From the NCBI RefSeq assembly GCF_004010195.1, contig NC_057720.1:26059056-26096444 (forward strand): a stretch of 37,389 nucleotides of DNA, read 5' to 3'. Each line of letters starts with the position of its first letter. Position 1 is the stretch's first letter. Source of the DNA: Chiloscyllium plagiosum. Its lineage: Eukaryota. Positions 35,951-37,389 of the stretch are shown in pieces. A program made the translations under genes and the position numbers. The notes under the pieces are model-generated. The model did no database searches. It was not told the DNA's origin and saw only the letters and a list, made by a program, of their open reading frames with translations.

Positions 35951-36404
35951 TCCATGTAATTAAGGAGAAAAGATGTTATTGTAGTATGGTGCTTATATCC
36001 TTCCCTCACACAATGACTGCGGCATTTCATAAAGAAGAAATTGTATCTTCACAAAGACAATTTTATTGGGATTTAATTTTTTGGAAACACTTTGCTTCCT
36101 TTTTTGAAGCACTAGAAACACATACTTACCTCAAGGCCAACATTTTCATTCATTGACGATCTCAGGAAGGAGGCTCAACCACTTGGACCATATACAGTGT
36201 CTGAAATTTCATTTGTTAATAGACATGACTTTTCTCACCATTATCCTGAATGGTTGGCAGATCAATTTTTTTACACAGTGAGTTTTATGATCTGCAAGGA
36301 TGAGGGAAGCGCATTCAAAGTAATTTTGAAAAACAAGTTGGATTTCTAGCTAAAAAGGATTAGTTAAAGAAGGCTAAAGGGAAACAGCAGGGGTGTGAGA
36401 CCGT

Positions 36405-36925
36405 AAATCCATAAGACATAGTAAAATAATCTGGCCAATCAGCCCATTGAGTCTGTTCCACCATTAAGTCATGTCTGATAAGTTTTCCATCCCCATTCTC
36501 TTGCCTTCTCCCTGTAATCCTTGATCCCCTTATTCATCAGGACCCTATCTCTATCTTAAACATACTCAATGACTTGGCCCTCTATGAGCCTTCTGCAGCA
36601 ATGAATTCGACAGATTCACCACCCTCTGGCCACACAAATTCATCCTAATCTCAGCTCTGAAGGGTTGTCCCTTCATTCTGAGGCTGTGACCTTGGGTGCT
36701 AGTCTCTCTTACAAAAGGAAACATCTTCTCCACATCCACTTTATCCAGGCCTCTCAGTATTCCCACCTAATCTTTCTAAACTTCATCAAGTAGAGACCTA
36801 GAGTCCTCAACCATTCCTCATATGACAAGCACTTTATCTGTAGGATTATTCCTTTGAACCTCCTCTGGACCCTGTCCAACTCCAGCACATCCTTCCTTAG
36901 ATACAGGGCCCAAAATTGCTTACAA
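36405..36925 (-). mobile_element. CR1 LINE 3' end
   Basis: CKQFWALYLRKDVLELDRVQRRF, GLDKVDVEKMFP...QRVVNL.NSL, and tail at 36405-36480. Confidence 0.9.
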
Positions 36926-36926
36926 T

Positions 36927-37362
36927 AATCTAAAGTTGAAACTTTATTGCTGGAACAGCACAGCAGGTCAGGCAGCATCCAGGGAACAGGAGATTCGACG
37001 TTTCGGGCACAGGCCCTTCCTCAGGAATGAGCAGAGAGTGTTCAGCAGGAGAAGATAAAAGGTAGGGAGGAGGGACTTGGAGGAGGGGCGTTGGAAATGT
37101 GATAGGTGGAAAGAGGTCAAGGTGAGGGTGATAGGTCGGAGTAGGATGGAGGCGGAGAGGTCAAGAAGAAGACTGCAGGTCAGGAAGGCGGTGCCGGGCT
37201 GGAGGGATCCGGCTGAGACAAGGTGGGGGGAGGGGGGATGAAGAAACTGGTGAAGTCCAAGTTCATCCCCGGCGGTTGGAGGGTTCCCAGTCGGAAGATA
37301 AGACGCTCCTCCTCCGACCGTCGGGTTGTTGTGGTTTGGCAGTGGATGAGAAATAAGAAAGG
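36927..37362 (-). mobile_element. Penelope-like element 3' end: GIY-YIG C-terminus plus pLTR
   Basis: HCQTTTTRRSEEERLIFRLGTLQPPGMNLDFTSF (ORF 37180-37371). CpG-rich, so probably a young copy. Confidence 0.88.
36993..37028 (-). ncRNA. Minimal type I hammerhead ribozyme motif (best-preserved copy)
   Basis: Minus strand ATTC-CTGAGGA-A-GGGC-CTGT-GCCC-GAAAC-GTC-GAAT: CUGANGA core, 4-bp stem II, GAAA, GUC cleavage triplet and ATTC/GAAT stem I. Confidence 0.78.
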
Positions 37363-37389
37363 GATGATCACCTTATTGGGATTGTATTA

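Overview
Eukaryotic, AT-rich, transposon-dense DNA. The repeats point to a cartilaginous fish (shark): HE1/V-SINE-type SINEs, HER1-like CR1 LINEs, Penelope-like elements (PLEs), Tx1 and Rex1/Babar LINE ends, a Gypsy remnant and probable Harbinger remnants. I found no intact protein-coding gene, rRNA, tRNA gene or CRISPR array; most ORFs in the track are decayed retroelement fragments, tandem-repeat read-through or chance ORFs. Notable structure: (1) about ten dispersed hammerhead-ribozyme-like motifs (CTGANGA-hairpin-GAAAC) in PLE termini, many inside small fold-back elements with 13-16 bp target-site duplications (TSDs); (2) a stack of Tx1-type LINE 3' ends each bounded by (AT)AAACAGGAGTCT, suggesting a specific target; (3) a nested Penelope > CR1 > fold-back element > 38-bp minisatellite locus with a ~170-bp flanking duplication; (4) a 23-bp minisatellite fused to half a SINE; (5) weak candidate exons I could not assign to a gene. 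Family names come from recognised motifs, not database searches, and boundaries are approximate unless defined by a TSD.
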